From an uncultured bacterium (lineage in GTDB: Bacteria; Omnitrophota; Omnitrophia; Omnitrophales; Aquincolibacteriaceae): DNA of 64,000 nt. Both the position numbers and the translations under genes were made by a program. This document shows positions 17,648-27,375 of this stretch, piece by piece. The notes below the pieces were generated by a model, which did not search any database, was not told where the DNA came from, and saw nothing but the letters and a program-made list of their open reading frames with translations. Every line of letters starts with the position of its first letter. Within the stretch, counting starts at the first letter, position 1. The stretch spans positions 33,938 to 97,937 of the forward strand of contig CAYPIR010000005.1 in NCBI GenBank assembly GCA_964410905.1. The letters are read 5' to 3'.

Positions 17648-18892
17648 TTAGGCGCGAAAGCGTTTCATCGCGACACAAGCGTTATGTCCGCCAAACCCAA
17701 GCGAGTTAGAAAGAGTAAAATCTACTTTAGCGGTTTGAGCGACATTAGGAACATAATTAAGAGCGCAATCGGGGTCAGGAGTTTTGTAGTTTATGGTTGG
17801 CGGAACAATTTGATCTCGAATCGCGAGAGCGCAAACAGCGCCTTCAACCGCGCCGGCAGCGCCCAATAAATGTCCCGTCATTGATTTTGTGGAACTTATA
17901 AGGATTTTGCGTGCCACATCTTCGCCTAGCGCTAACTTTATGGCAAGAGTTTCTCCTTTATCATTAAGCGAAGTCGAAGTCCCATGCGCGTTAATATAAG
18001 AAACATCTTCTGGTTTCGCGCCAGCGTCTTTTAGAGCATTAATCATACAACGCGACGCTCCAGCTCCCGTGGGATCTGGCGCGGTAATATGGCTCGCGTC
18101 TGATGTCATTCCGTATCCAGCCATTTCAGCATAAATCTTCGCGCCGCGTTTTTTAGCATGTTCTAATTCTTCTAAAATAAGAACAGCGGCTCCCTCACCC
18201 ATCACAAATCCGTTTCTTGTTTTATCAAATGGTCGGGACGCGGTTTCCGGCGATTCATTGTTAGTGCTAAGAGCGTGCATAGCGTCAAATCCGCCAAAAC
18301 CAAGTTGAGTAATGCAAGACTCCGTTCCGCCCGTAAACATCACGTCAGCATCGCCGCGTTGTATAATCTTAAAAGCATCGCCAAGTGCGTTCGACCCCGT
18401 AGCGCACGCCGTTGCAACGCAAGAATTAGGACCTTTTAAGCCCAAAGCAATTGAAATCGCACCCGGCGCCATATTAACAATCAGCATTGGGATAAGAAAC
18501 GGAGAAACACGATGCCCTCCTTTTTCAATGGCTACTTTGTGCTGCTCTTCAATTACGCGAAGTCCGCCGATACCTGAACCAACCAAAACGCCAACGCGGT
18601 ATGGGTCTTCTTTTGTAATATCAAACTTGGCATCTTCTGCCGCCATTTTCGCGCAAGCAATTCCAAATTGAACAAAGCGGTCGGTTTTGCGAACTTCTTT
18701 AGGGTGGGATAAATATTTGACTGGATCGAAGCCTTTTACTTCTGCGGAGACTTTAGAATCAAACGGCGTCGGGTCAATTTGTGTTAGAAGCCCCGTTCCG
18801 CTTTTTCCTTTTAAAAAACTCTGCCAAGTTTCTTCTGTCGTATTGGCAACAGGAGTAATCATTCCGATGCCAGTAATAACAACGCGCCGCAT
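17648..18892 (-). CDS. fabF: Beta-ketoacyl-ACP synthase II
   Basis: 414 aa. Begins RRVVITGIGMITP. Active-site Cys/His/His regions are present. Sits directly downstream of acpP. Confidence 0.95.
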   Translation of the reverse strand: MRRVVITGIGMITPVANTTEETWQSFLKGKSGTGLLTQIDPTPFDSKVSAEVKGFDPVKYLSHPKEVRKTDRFVQFGIACAKMAAEDAKFDITKEDPYRVGVLVGSGIGGLRVIEEQHKVAIEKGGHRVSPFLIPMLIVNMAPGAISIALGLKGPNSCVATACATGSNALGDAFKIIQRGDADVMFTGGTESCITQLGFGGFDAMHALSTNNESPETASRPFDKTRNGFVMGEGAAVLILEELEHAKKRGAKIYAEMAGYGMTSDASHITAPDPTGAGASRCMINALKDAGAKPEDVSYINAHGTSTSLNDKGETLAIKLALGEDVARKILISSTKSMTGHLLGAAGAVEGAVCALAIRDQIVPPTINYKTPDPDCALNYVPNVAQTAKVDFTLSNSLGFGGHNACVAMKRFRA

Positions 18893-18944
18893 AGTAAAAA
18901 AATCCTCGAATCAATAATTTATGAAGTAAATTAAAATGAAAGAA

Positions 18945-18965
18945 CGAGCCGTTACTTCTGGCTCG
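18945..18965 (-). terminator. Hairpin overlapping the acpP stop codon; possible partial terminator/attenuator between acpP and fabF
   Basis: CGAGCC-gttacttct-GGCTCG forms a 6-bp stem. On the minus strand it is followed by a weak T-run (ttctttcatttta). acpP-fabF intergenic attenuation is known in other bacteria. Confidence 0.3.
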
Positions 18966-19191
18966 CCTTTTCTTCTACATACTTAACGGCATCGCCGACA
19001 GTTTTGAGTTTTTCCGCGTCTTCATCTGGAATTTCCGCGCCAAACTCTTCTTCAAACGCCATAACTAATTCAACTGTATCAAGAGAATCCGCGCCAAGAT
19101 CATCCACAAAGGACGCTTCCGGAACGACTTCTTCGGGTTTTACGCCAAGTTGCTCAACAATAATTTCGGTGATTTTTTCTTGAACGCTCAT
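18952..19191 (-). CDS. acpP: Acyl carrier protein
   Basis: 79 aa. The phosphopantetheine motif [19 protein letters not shown] is present. Confidence 0.95.
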   Translation of the reverse strand: MSVQEKITEIIVEQLGVKPEEVVPEASFVDDLGADSLDTVELVMAFEEEFGAEIPDEDAEKLKTVGDAVKYVEEKASQK

Positions 19192-19244
19192 TGATGTTTC
19201 TCCTGTTATTTATGGTTAATGACTGCTACTGCTTAATAAATGCA

Positions 19245-19988
19245 TCAGATTACAAGACCGCCATCTACAACTATTGTTTGTCCTGTAACATAAGCCGATG
19301 CGTCCGATGCCAAAAATACGGCAACATTTGCTACATCTTGAGGATCTCCGAGCCTCCCAAGTCCAATACGTTCTTTCATTTTTTCTATTATTTCCGGAGA
19401 TAATTTGTCGGTCATTTTGCTCTTGATAAATCCCGGAGCAATGGCATTGGCGCGGATATTTCGTTTTGCTAACTCTTTCGCTATTGTTTTTGTCAGAGCG
19501 ATCATCCCGCCTTTTGATGCAGAATAATTTGCTTGCCCAGCATTGCCAGCGACCCCCACGATTGACGCTATATTGATAATTGCACCACCTCGTTGTTTCA
19601 TCATTGGCCGAGCGCACGCTTTACCAAAAAGAAACGCGCTCTTAAGATTAATGGTGAGAACATCATCCCAATCTTGCTCTGACATTGTCGCAAGCAAACC
19701 ATCTTTTGTTATGCCCGCAACGTTGGCAAGTATATCGATGCGACCACAAGTGTCAAGAGCGATTTTGACGACTTGCTCGACTTCAGAAGCTGTCGCAACA
19801 TTAGCTTGCGTCAATACAACTTGAGGCGATCCTGCCGCTTTTACGAGTTGTTCCGTCTCTGTCAAAAACTCCGTTTTGATATCAGAAAGAACTAGTGAAG
19901 CGCCTTGTTTCGCGAACGAAACCGCTATTGACTGTCCAATTCCGCGTCCTGCGCCAGTAATAAGTGCAACCTTTCCTTTCAACACCAT
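19245..19988 (-). CDS. fabG: 3-oxoacyl-ACP reductase
   Basis: SDR fold with ALITGAGRGIGQ...NAG...YSASKGG. Has the fab cluster context. Confidence 0.9.
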   Translation of the reverse strand: MVLKGKVALITGAGRGIGQSIAVSFAKQGASLVLSDIKTEFLTETEQLVKAAGSPQVVLTQANVATASEVEQVVKIALDTCGRIDILANVAGITKDGLLATMSEQDWDDVLTINLKSAFLFGKACARPMMKQRGGAIINIASIVGVAGNAGQANYSASKGGMIALTKTIAKELAKRNIRANAIAPGFIKSKMTDKLSPEIIEKMKERIGLGRLGDPQDVANVAVFLASDASAYVTGQTIVVDGGLVI

Positions 19989-20004
19989 GATTATCTCCTT
20001 TTGG

Positions 20005-20946
20005 TTATGATTGCGATAAAACGGTTAAAGCATCAAGAGCCTTAAAATCCGAAATTGCTCCGATTGAAATCACTTCGAGATCGGGCTGGCATTTGCGAGC
20101 CAACCCTTTTAACACTTTTCCGGGACCAAGTTCCAAATATGTCGATATTCCAGTCTCTTTAGCGGAAGCAAGAGTTTCAACCCAGCGGACAGAGCTTGTT
20201 AATTGCCGCGCTAAAAGTTTGCGAATCTCATCCGGATTCGATTCGATTTTCGCCGTAACATTAGGAATAAAGATACACTCGGGAGCTTTAATAGGCGTAT
20301 TCGCTAACGCCTCTTCAAGTTTTGTTTTTGCGTCATTCATTAAAGAAGAATGAAAAGCGCCGCCGACTTTGAGCGGCATAGCGCGTTTCGCGCCTTTTGC
20401 AGTTGCCAATTGGCAAGCTTTTTCTATAGAAGAAACCGTTCCAGATAAAACCGTTTGATCCGGCGCATTAAGATTCGCGACTTCCGATCCGGACTCTTTT
20501 GCTATAGCCGTGCACTCTTCAAGCGATAACCCCATAATAAACGCCATTGTTCCAGGATTGTTTTTTGCCGCCGCGTCCATCGACTCAGCGCGAATTTGGA
20601 CTAATTTTAACGCGTCTTCAAACGAAATCGCATTTGATGCCGTAAGCGCGGTAAATTCTCCAAGACTCAACCCTGCGACAAAAGAAGGCTTTAAGTCAGA
20701 AATTTTTTCTCTGACAGACGCAAGCACGGCAAGACTTGTCACAAGAATGCCGGTTTGCGCGTATAAAGTTCGGGTAAGCTGTTCTTCTGTTCCGGAAAAA
20801 CAAATTTCACTAATGGAATAGCCTAAAATCTCATCCGCTTTTTGATAAATTTGCTTCGCGGCAGGACTTTGCTCAAAAAGATCTTTTCCCATGCCAACAA
20901 ATTGAGAACCTTGACCGGGAAATAAAAAGCCAATCTGTTTAGTCAT
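20005..20946 (-). CDS. fabD: Malonyl-CoA:ACP transacylase
   Basis: Motifs FLFPGQGSQFVGMG and GLSLGEF (active-site Ser). Confidence 0.9.
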   Translation of the reverse strand: MTKQIGFLFPGQGSQFVGMGKDLFEQSPAAKQIYQKADEILGYSISEICFSGTEEQLTRTLYAQTGILVTSLAVLASVREKISDLKPSFVAGLSLGEFTALTASNAISFEDALKLVQIRAESMDAAAKNNPGTMAFIMGLSLEECTAIAKESGSEVANLNAPDQTVLSGTVSSIEKACQLATAKGAKRAMPLKVGGAFHSSLMNDAKTKLEEALANTPIKAPECIFIPNVTAKIESNPDEIRKLLARQLTSSVRWVETLASAKETGISTYLELGPGKVLKGLARKCQPDLEVISIGAISDFKALDALTVLSQS

Positions 20947-20950
20947 TTAA

Positions 20951-21937
20951 TCACCATTTAATAAGGGTCGCGCCCCAAGTCAAACCGCCGCCGAAAGCGA
21001 CCAACACAACGTAATCTCCTTTTCGGACATTACCTGCTCGAACAGCTTCATATAACGCAACAATGGTTGACGCGCTGGACATATTTCCGTAGCGGTCAAC
21101 ATTTATAAAAATTTTTTTAGGGTCTATCTCAAGCCGCTCCGCGACCGCTTGAAGAATACGATTATTTGCTTGATGCGGGATAAGGCAGCCTATATCGCTT
21201 ACCGTAAGATTCTTTGCTTCCAAAACTTTATGAACAGCCTGCGTCATAGTTTTGACCGCCATTTTAAAAAGCTCAGGTCCTGCCATCTTTATAAAATGTT
21301 TACCCTCGGAAACAGTTTCCACACTCGGCGGTAATCTGGAACCTCCGGCTGGGATTTGAAGAATTTCGCTTTGCGTTCCATCAGAACCAATATAAGAACC
21401 AAGAATTTCTCTTTCACCTTTCGCGCGAGACACAATAACAACTCCCGCGCCGTCGCCGAAAAGAACACATGTAGAACGATCTTTCCAATTCACATAGCGC
21501 GTAATAGTTTCCGCCCCGGCAACAAGAACATTTTTATAGATGCCTGAACGAACAAAAGAGTCGGCAACGGAGAGCGCGTAGGCAAATCCCGAACAAGCGG
21601 CGGCTAAATCAAACGCGCCGCAGCGAGCGCTAAGTTTTGCTTGAAGATAACAGGCGGAAGAAGGGAACGCGCGGTCAGGGGTTGTTGTGGCAACTACTAT
21701 CAAATCAATATCATCAACGGTTAGTCCGGCATTTTTTATGGCTTCTTGCGCGGCAGGCAAAGCCAAATCGCTTGTAGCTTGCTCAGCCGCAGCTATATGA
21801 CGTTCCCTTATTCCCGTTCGTGTTCTTATCCACTCGTCCGAAGTTTCAACTATTTTTTCCAAATCAGCATTGGTTAAAACTTTTTCTGGAACATACACAC
21901 CAATTCCTGCTATTGCAGATTGATAAATTTCGTTCAT
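20951..21937 (-). CDS. fabH: Beta-ketoacyl-ACP synthase III
   Basis: 328 aa. Active-site Cys in ...AACSGFAYAL... and a C-terminal GGGLTWG. Confidence 0.9.
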   Translation of the reverse strand: MNEIYQSAIAGIGVYVPEKVLTNADLEKIVETSDEWIRTRTGIRERHIAAAEQATSDLALPAAQEAIKNAGLTVDDIDLIVVATTTPDRAFPSSACYLQAKLSARCGAFDLAAACSGFAYALSVADSFVRSGIYKNVLVAGAETITRYVNWKDRSTCVLFGDGAGVVIVSRAKGEREILGSYIGSDGTQSEILQIPAGGSRLPPSVETVSEGKHFIKMAGPELFKMAVKTMTQAVHKVLEAKNLTVSDIGCLIPHQANNRILQAVAERLEIDPKKIFINVDRYGNMSSASTIVALYEAVRAGNVRKGDYVVLVAFGGGLTWGATLIKW

Positions 21938-21972
21938 ATTTCCTTTAATTTGGAGTCTTTAAAACAATAGCC

Positions 21973-23022
21973 TTAAGAAGCGCTAGTTTTATGTTCTGTT
22001 GCGGTCGTTGACGCGGCGCCGTTTAAATATGGCGCGATTTCATCAACTATTTGTTCGTTGACTTTTGTCGTTACAAGCTCGCCCGCGACACGAATTGCGT
22101 TGCGAATCGCAAGCGGAGAAGAAATTCCATGGCTAATAATTACATTGCCGTTCACGCCAAGAAGCGGCGCTCCGCCCGCTTTTTCATAATCAGTTTCTTT
22201 TCTTAATGATGAAAGCACCGGTTTTAGAAACCAAGCTGCAATGGCCGCAAGCGGATTTTTCTTAAGTTCTCTGACAATCAATGAAACAGATGTTTCCAAA
22301 ACGCTTTCTATCATTTTAAGAACAACATTTCCAACAAAGCCGTCGCAAATAATGCAGTCGGCGCGCCCAGAAAAAAAATCACGACCTTCAATGTTGCCGA
22401 TAAAATTCAAATTAGAATCGCGGAGCAATTTATATGCTTCTTTTAAAACATCCGTGCCCTTTGTCTCTTCCTCGCCAATATTGAGAAGTCCGATTGCCGG
22501 GCGGCGGTTTTTTTTGAGAATACTTTTCGCAAAAACATCCGCCATCAAAGCGTATTGGAAAAGCTCATTAGCAGAAGGATTAAGATTCGCGCCCACATCA
22601 ACCGCGACTGACATTCCGTGAAGAGTGGGAAAAGATATAGCTATGCCGGGGCGTTTAATTCCGGGCAAAAGTCCGAGATTAAGAGTGGCAGCCGCAACCA
22701 TCGCGCCAGTATTCCCCGCCGAAACGGCCGCCACGCATTCTTTCTTTTTTAGAAGTTCAATACAAACGCCTATTGAGGAATCTTTCTTTTTACGCAAAGC
22801 AGAAACCGGCGAATCTTCCATGCCTATCACTTCGGTCGCTTCCTGCAAAACTATTTTTCCGCCAATAACCTTGTGCCTATTGAGTTCACTTTTAAGAACG
22901 GCGGTTTGCCCAACCAAAACGATTTCAAGATTTTCAAAATTGTTTGCCGCCAGCACCGCGCCTGCTACTACCGCCTTCGGAGCGTTGTCGCCGCCCATTC
23001 CGTCTAAAGCGATACGAATCAT
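21973..23022 (-). CDS. plsX: Phosphate acyltransferase PlsX, with a short low-complexity C-terminal tail
   Basis: Motifs IALDGMGGDNAP...GNTGA.. The position between rpmF and fabH is conserved. Confidence 0.9.
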   Translation of the reverse strand: MIRIALDGMGGDNAPKAVVAGAVLAANNFENLEIVLVGQTAVLKSELNRHKVIGGKIVLQEATEVIGMEDSPVSALRKKKDSSIGVCIELLKKKECVAAVSAGNTGAMVAAATLNLGLLPGIKRPGIAISFPTLHGMSVAVDVGANLNPSANELFQYALMADVFAKSILKKNRRPAIGLLNIGEEETKGTDVLKEAYKLLRDSNLNFIGNIEGRDFFSGRADCIICDGFVGNVVLKMIESVLETSVSLIVRELKKNPLAAIAAWFLKPVLSSLRKETDYEKAGGAPLLGVNGNVIISHGISSPLAIRNAIRVAGELVTTKVNEQIVDEIAPYLNGAASTTATEHKTSAS

Positions 23023-23025
23023 AGA

Positions 23026-23223
23026 CTATTCCTTAGCCTTAGATTTCGCTTTTACAGTTTTAACGAGTTTGCCTTTGTAAAAACCACACTCTTTACAAAC
23101 TCGATGCGGGAGAACAAACGCGCCGCATTGCGGGCATTGCGACTGCGATTGGGGCGTAATAAAATCGTGTGCTCTACGCGTTCTGGAACGCGTGTTTGAA
23201 TGTCTTCGTTTAGGATTAGCCAT
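23026..23223 (-). CDS. rpmF: 50S ribosomal protein L32
   Basis: MANPKRRHSNTRSRTRRAH with a C4 zinc ribbon (CPQCG...CKECG). Confidence 0.9.
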   Translation of the reverse strand: MANPKRRHSNTRSRTRRAHDFITPQSQSQCPQCGAFVLPHRVCKECGFYKGKLVKTVKAKSKAKE

Positions 23224-23225
23224 GG

Positions 23226-23690
23226 TTACTCCTTATGAGATTTCGACTTTTTTATGATAACAGGTGTTGAATGATAACGATTTTCTTTACAATTGCAAGC
23301 ACCATCATTTAGATCCTTGCCGCATTGCGAGCAAAGACCTTTGCAATCAGACTTGCAGAGATAAACAAGCGGTCGTTCGATAATTAAAAGTTCGCGAATG
23401 TTCTCAAGAGGCTCAATAAATTCTTTTCCGGTTATATCAAAAATCCAATCAAAATTGAAAGAGATTTTTTCGTCTTTTTCTTTCAAGCACTTCCCACAAA
23501 CGCGTTTTACTTCGGAGGTCAATTCCCCTTTCAGTCTAAAAATGACATCTGTCTTTTCACCTATTCCTTTGAGAGTGATTGGACATAAATAAATTAAATC
23601 CTGAAACTCCACCTCAGACGCTTTTGCGTCATACGAGCCTTCAACTTGTTTGGGAATCCCTTCCTCAAAATCAGAAAGTATTAATTTCAT
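23226..23690 (-). CDS. yceD: YceD/DUF177 family protein (large-subunit rRNA accumulation)
   Basis: 154 aa. A C-terminal CxxC...CxxC region is present. The position upstream of rpmF is conserved. Confidence 0.8.
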   Translation of the reverse strand: MKLILSDFEEGIPKQVEGSYDAKASEVEFQDLIYLCPITLKGIGEKTDVIFRLKGELTSEVKRVCGKCLKEKDEKISFNFDWIFDITGKEFIEPLENIRELLIIERPLVYLCKSDCKGLCSQCGKDLNDGACNCKENRYHSTPVIIKKSKSHKE

Positions 23691-24184
23691 TTCGTTTCTC
23701 GTTGTTTAAGTTTTTTTTGAATTTCTTTCGCTACAAGTTTTGGGACATAAGCAGATATGTTGCCGCCAAGCTGCGCGATTTCTTTCACAAGCCGTGAGGA
23801 AAGAAAAAAATGAGACTCGGACGGCATTAAAAAAACAGTATCAATTTGAGAAGCAAGCTCGCGGTTGGTTAAAGCCATTTGGAACTCATAATCAAAATCG
23901 GATGTCGCGCGAATACCGCGTATCAAAGCAGAGGCGCCTTTTTTCTTCGCGAAATCAACGCTTAAACCTTCCCAATGTTCAACTTTTGCCCGCGGATATT
24001 TTTTTAAAACGTTTTTTAAGAAATTCACGCGTTCTTCCACTGTGAAAAACGCCGTCTTTGAACTATTTGACGCGACAACCACAATGACTTCTTCAAAAAG
24101 ATTCAGCGCGCGCTCAATCAGATCAAGATGTCCGTTGGTAATCGGATCAAAGCTCCCCGGATATATAGCTTTTTGTTTTTTCAT
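23687..24184 (-). CDS. coaD: Phosphopantetheine adenylyltransferase
   Basis: The motif AIYPGSFDPITNGHLD is the CoaD nucleotidyltransferase signature. Confidence 0.9.
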   Translation of the reverse strand: MKKQKAIYPGSFDPITNGHLDLIERALNLFEEVIVVVASNSSKTAFFTVEERVNFLKNVLKKYPRAKVEHWEGLSVDFAKKKGASALIRGIRATSDFDYEFQMALTNRELASQIDTVFLMPSESHFFLSSRLVKEIAQLGGNISAYVPKLVAKEIQKKLKQRETK

Positions 24185-24749
24185 TTGTTGATTCCAGTCT
24201 GAAGTAAAAAGACAAACAGGCCTGTCCTATTTTTCGCGTTTGTATTAATTTGAGATTTTTCAGTTCATCAGATGCCGGCAAATCCTCACGCCACATATGT
24301 CCGACCACAATCTGCGCGAAGGGCAAAACGATATCGGAATCGTCCAGCCTAATAAGTGTCTTTTTTACTAAACCTTTCAAAAACGGCGGGTCGACAAAAA
24401 TGAGATTAAAACCAGCATTTTGCTTTTCGAGTTTTCTTATCGCCGCGGACATTTCCATGGGCAGCAAAGCCGCTTGCTTCGAAAGCCCCAATGTCTCAAG
24501 ATTTTTTTGAATTATTTTATGCGTCCATGTCCCGTTATCAACAAATGTAACCGTTGACGCTCCGCGGCTAAGAGCTTCAAGCCCGAGACTGCCCGACCCC
24601 GCGTAAATATCCAATACGCTTTTCCCAAACACAAAAGAGCCAACGATGTTGAAAAGCGTTTCTTTGGTTCTGTCCGTCATCGGGCGTGTGAGTTTGTTTT
24701 TAGGGAAATCTATTTTTCTGGATTTGAATTTACCGCTGATGATTCGCAT
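24147..24749 (-). CDS. rsmD: 16S rRNA (guanine966-N2)-methyltransferase
   Basis: Motifs VLDIYAGSGSLGLEALSRGA and FVDPPF. Confidence 0.85.
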   Translation of the reverse strand: MRIISGKFKSRKIDFPKNKLTRPMTDRTKETLFNIVGSFVFGKSVLDIYAGSGSLGLEALSRGASTVTFVDNGTWTHKIIQKNLETLGLSKQAALLPMEMSAAIRKLEKQNAGFNLIFVDPPFLKGLVKKTLIRLDDSDIVLPFAQIVVGHMWREDLPASDELKNLKLIQTRKIGQACLSFYFRLESTNEKTKSYISGEL

Positions 24750-24760
24750 ATTTTGTTAGT

Positions 24761-26818
24761 TTAATCGGTTTTGGGCATTTGTTCGAGATATTTTTGAATC
24801 CAAACTGATTTTTTTTCACTGCTTTTGTTATCAGAAACCCAGCGCATCGCTTCACTTCGCGCTTTAATCAAAATAGCTTGGTCGGTGATTGGATCGGCGA
24901 CTTTAAAGAGTGGCTCGCCCGATTGTCTGGTTCCCCAAATATCTCCCGGACCGCGTATTTTTAAATCTTCTTCTGCTATTTCAAAACCATCAGTTGTTGT
25001 CGTAAGAAGTCTAAGGCGTTTTTTTCCTTCTATGCTATTGGGCTCTCCAAACAAAAAACACTCGGACTCTATAACTCCTCGTCCAATTCTGCCGCGCAAC
25101 TGATGGAGCTGAGCAAGCCCAAACCGCTCGGCATTTTCAATAATCATTATCGTGGCGTTTGGCTGATCAACTCCGACTTCTATAACAGAAGTCGCAAAAA
25201 GAATAGAAATTTCTCCGCGTGAAAACGCTCGCATAATCTGTTCGCGTTCAGATGATTCTATTTGTCCGTGAACAAGCGCAGTTGAAACATTTTTAAATAT
25301 AGTTTTACTAAGTTTTGCAAATTCTTTTTCCGCGGCAAGAATATCACTTTTTTCCGTCTCTTCTATCGCGGGGAAAACAATATAGGCCTGTTCGCCTTTT
25401 TTTATCCGTTCAATAACGCGCGCAAAAACGATTGATTGCTTAGCGCGAGTAATCCAATAAGTTTTTATTGGACGTCTGCCTTTGGGCAGTTCCCGCAATA
25501 CCGATATATCGAGATCCGCAAAGGTGGTTAGTTCTAGCGTTCTTGGAATGGGCGTGGCCGTCATTGTCAAAAGATGCGGCCGAGGCGATCTGTTTAAAAG
25601 CTGCGTTCTTTGTCTGACTCCAAATTTGTGCTGCTCATCAACTCCAAGAAAAACAAGTTTTTTAAAGGTTACTTCGTTCTGAAGTATAGAATGAGTGCCG
25701 ACTATAAGAGAAAGTCTTCCCTCTTTCAAATCACCGAGAATTTGCGCTCTTCGATTTTTTTTCGTGCTTTTTGTGAGAAGCTCTATACGAACGCCAAGCG
25801 GATCTAAAAAACGTTTTAAAGTTTTCATATGTTGCTCGGCTAAAATTTCTGTCGGGACAAGAAACGCCGATTGATATCCGGCTTTTGCGACAAGATAAAA
25901 AGCGAATGCCGCGACAACTGTTTTCCCAGATCCCACGTCTCCTTGTAAAAGCCGATTCATTGGGATAGCCTTTGATAAATCGTTTTGAATATCCACAATC
26001 GCCGTTTCTTGACTCTTAGTTAAATCAAACGGCAAAGACGCTTTAAATTGTTCTAATAAATTTAGCGTTGACGAAACCTCTTCAGATTCAAAACGCGTTC
26101 GCAGCATCTTTACTTTTAAGCGGACCCGGAGGTCGAAAGCAAAAAACTCATCAAAAACCACGCGTTCGCGCGCCTTTTTAAGTTTTTCAAAAGATGTTGG
26201 AAAATGCATTTCGCGGACAGCAGTTTGAAGCTGCGACAAATTATGACGATTTAAAATTTCTGCCGGCAAAAAATCCTGAATATTTTTTGCCAAATGATTT
26301 TGTACGGCATCAAAAAGAGTCGCGCGAAGCGATCGTTGAAAAATTCCTTCTTTCAGATGATAAATCGGCGTAATTCTTCCAGTATGCAAAGCCTCCGCTT
26401 CAAATGAGTCGACTATTTCAAAGTCCGGATTTTGTATTTTTAAAAAAGTTTGATGCGGTTCAATTCGACCGTAAAAAATAATATTCTGTCCTACGGAAAA
26501 CAAACGCTTCAGATAAGGCTGGTTATACCAAACCGCGAGAAGCGTTCCGTCAGCGTCACCAATCAAGACTTCAACGATTGGCATGCGGCGAATGGGACGG
26601 AATTTGACATCGAGAATTTCGCCTCTGCAAGTCGCGAATTCACCTATTGGGAGAGACTTTAATGGTAATAAATGAGAACGGTCTTCATATCGGCGAGGAA
26701 AAAAATAAAGAAGATCGCGAATTGATGAAATTCCGATCTTTTGGAATATGAGAGCTTTTTTGGGACCAACGCCTTTTAAAAAACGAAGTTCGGAAAAACT
26801 CTGCGCTGCGCTGTCCAT
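24761..26818 (-). CDS. recG: ATP-dependent DNA helicase RecG
   Basis: 685 aa with an N-terminal wedge domain, helicase motif I GDVGSGKTVVA, DEQHKFGV and motif VI QLRGRIGRG. Confidence 0.9.
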   Translation of the reverse strand: MDSAAQSFSELRFLKGVGPKKALIFQKIGISSIRDLLYFFPRRYEDRSHLLPLKSLPIGEFATCRGEILDVKFRPIRRMPIVEVLIGDADGTLLAVWYNQPYLKRLFSVGQNIIFYGRIEPHQTFLKIQNPDFEIVDSFEAEALHTGRITPIYHLKEGIFQRSLRATLFDAVQNHLAKNIQDFLPAEILNRHNLSQLQTAVREMHFPTSFEKLKKARERVVFDEFFAFDLRVRLKVKMLRTRFESEEVSSTLNLLEQFKASLPFDLTKSQETAIVDIQNDLSKAIPMNRLLQGDVGSGKTVVAAFAFYLVAKAGYQSAFLVPTEILAEQHMKTLKRFLDPLGVRIELLTKSTKKNRRAQILGDLKEGRLSLIVGTHSILQNEVTFKKLVFLGVDEQHKFGVRQRTQLLNRSPRPHLLTMTATPIPRTLELTTFADLDISVLRELPKGRRPIKTYWITRAKQSIVFARVIERIKKGEQAYIVFPAIEETEKSDILAAEKEFAKLSKTIFKNVSTALVHGQIESSEREQIMRAFSRGEISILFATSVIEVGVDQPNATIMIIENAERFGLAQLHQLRGRIGRGVIESECFLFGEPNSIEGKKRLRLLTTTTDGFEIAEEDLKIRGPGDIWGTRQSGEPLFKVADPITDQAILIKARSEAMRWVSDNKSSEKKSVWIQKYLEQMPKTD

Positions 26819-26862
26819 TATGCGCTCCAGAAATACATTTGAGATTTTATCGACGCAAAACG

Positions 26863-27375
26863 TTATTTCGTCTCTGAGACAATTCCTTCAACATCAGAAA
26901 TTATTTCTTGGGCTGCTTCAGAAACCGAAGACGCAATTTCTTCTGCTTTATCAGTAAGAGTTCCGGCAAGGTCTTTGGCTTTGTCGGAAACCGAAGAGGC
27001 GACCTCGTTTGTGGAAGTTTTAGCGGCAGCAACAGCAGACTCTGTAGCTTTAGCAGCGTCAGACTGTTTTATTTTTTCCAAAGCGCTTTTAAGCTGTTCG
27101 ACATCAATAGGCGCTTGAGAGCTTGCGGGTCTAAAAAGAGAACGGCTTTTGCGAACTTCATAAATATTTAAACCAATGCAAGTAAAAAGAAAAAGAACCG
27201 CGCAAACGGTTGTCGCTTTTGTCAAAAAGGAAGATGCCTTTGTCCCAAAAAGCGATTGAACATTGCCGCCAAAACTCGAACCTGTCAGACCCTGTCCGCG
27301 TCCAGCTTGCAAAAGAATAACAATAATGAAAACTAAACAAACAATAATGTGAAGAGCAATAACCAGAACGTTCAT
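26863..27375 (-). CDS. secG: Preprotein translocase SecG with a ~90-aa Ala/Ser/Glu/Lys-rich C-terminal extension
   Basis: N-terminus IIVCLVFIIVILLQAGRGQGLTGSSFGG...LFGTK... is the SecG core. The tail is a low-complexity, helical-repeat-like sequence (KAKDLAGTLTDKAEEIASSVSEAAQEIISDVEG). Confidence 0.75.
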   Translation of the reverse strand: MNVLVIALHIIVCLVFIIVILLQAGRGQGLTGSSFGGNVQSLFGTKASSFLTKATTVCAVLFLFTCIGLNIYEVRKSRSLFRPASSQAPIDVEQLKSALEKIKQSDAAKATESAVAAAKTSTNEVASSVSDKAKDLAGTLTDKAEEIASSVSEAAQEIISDVEGIVSETK

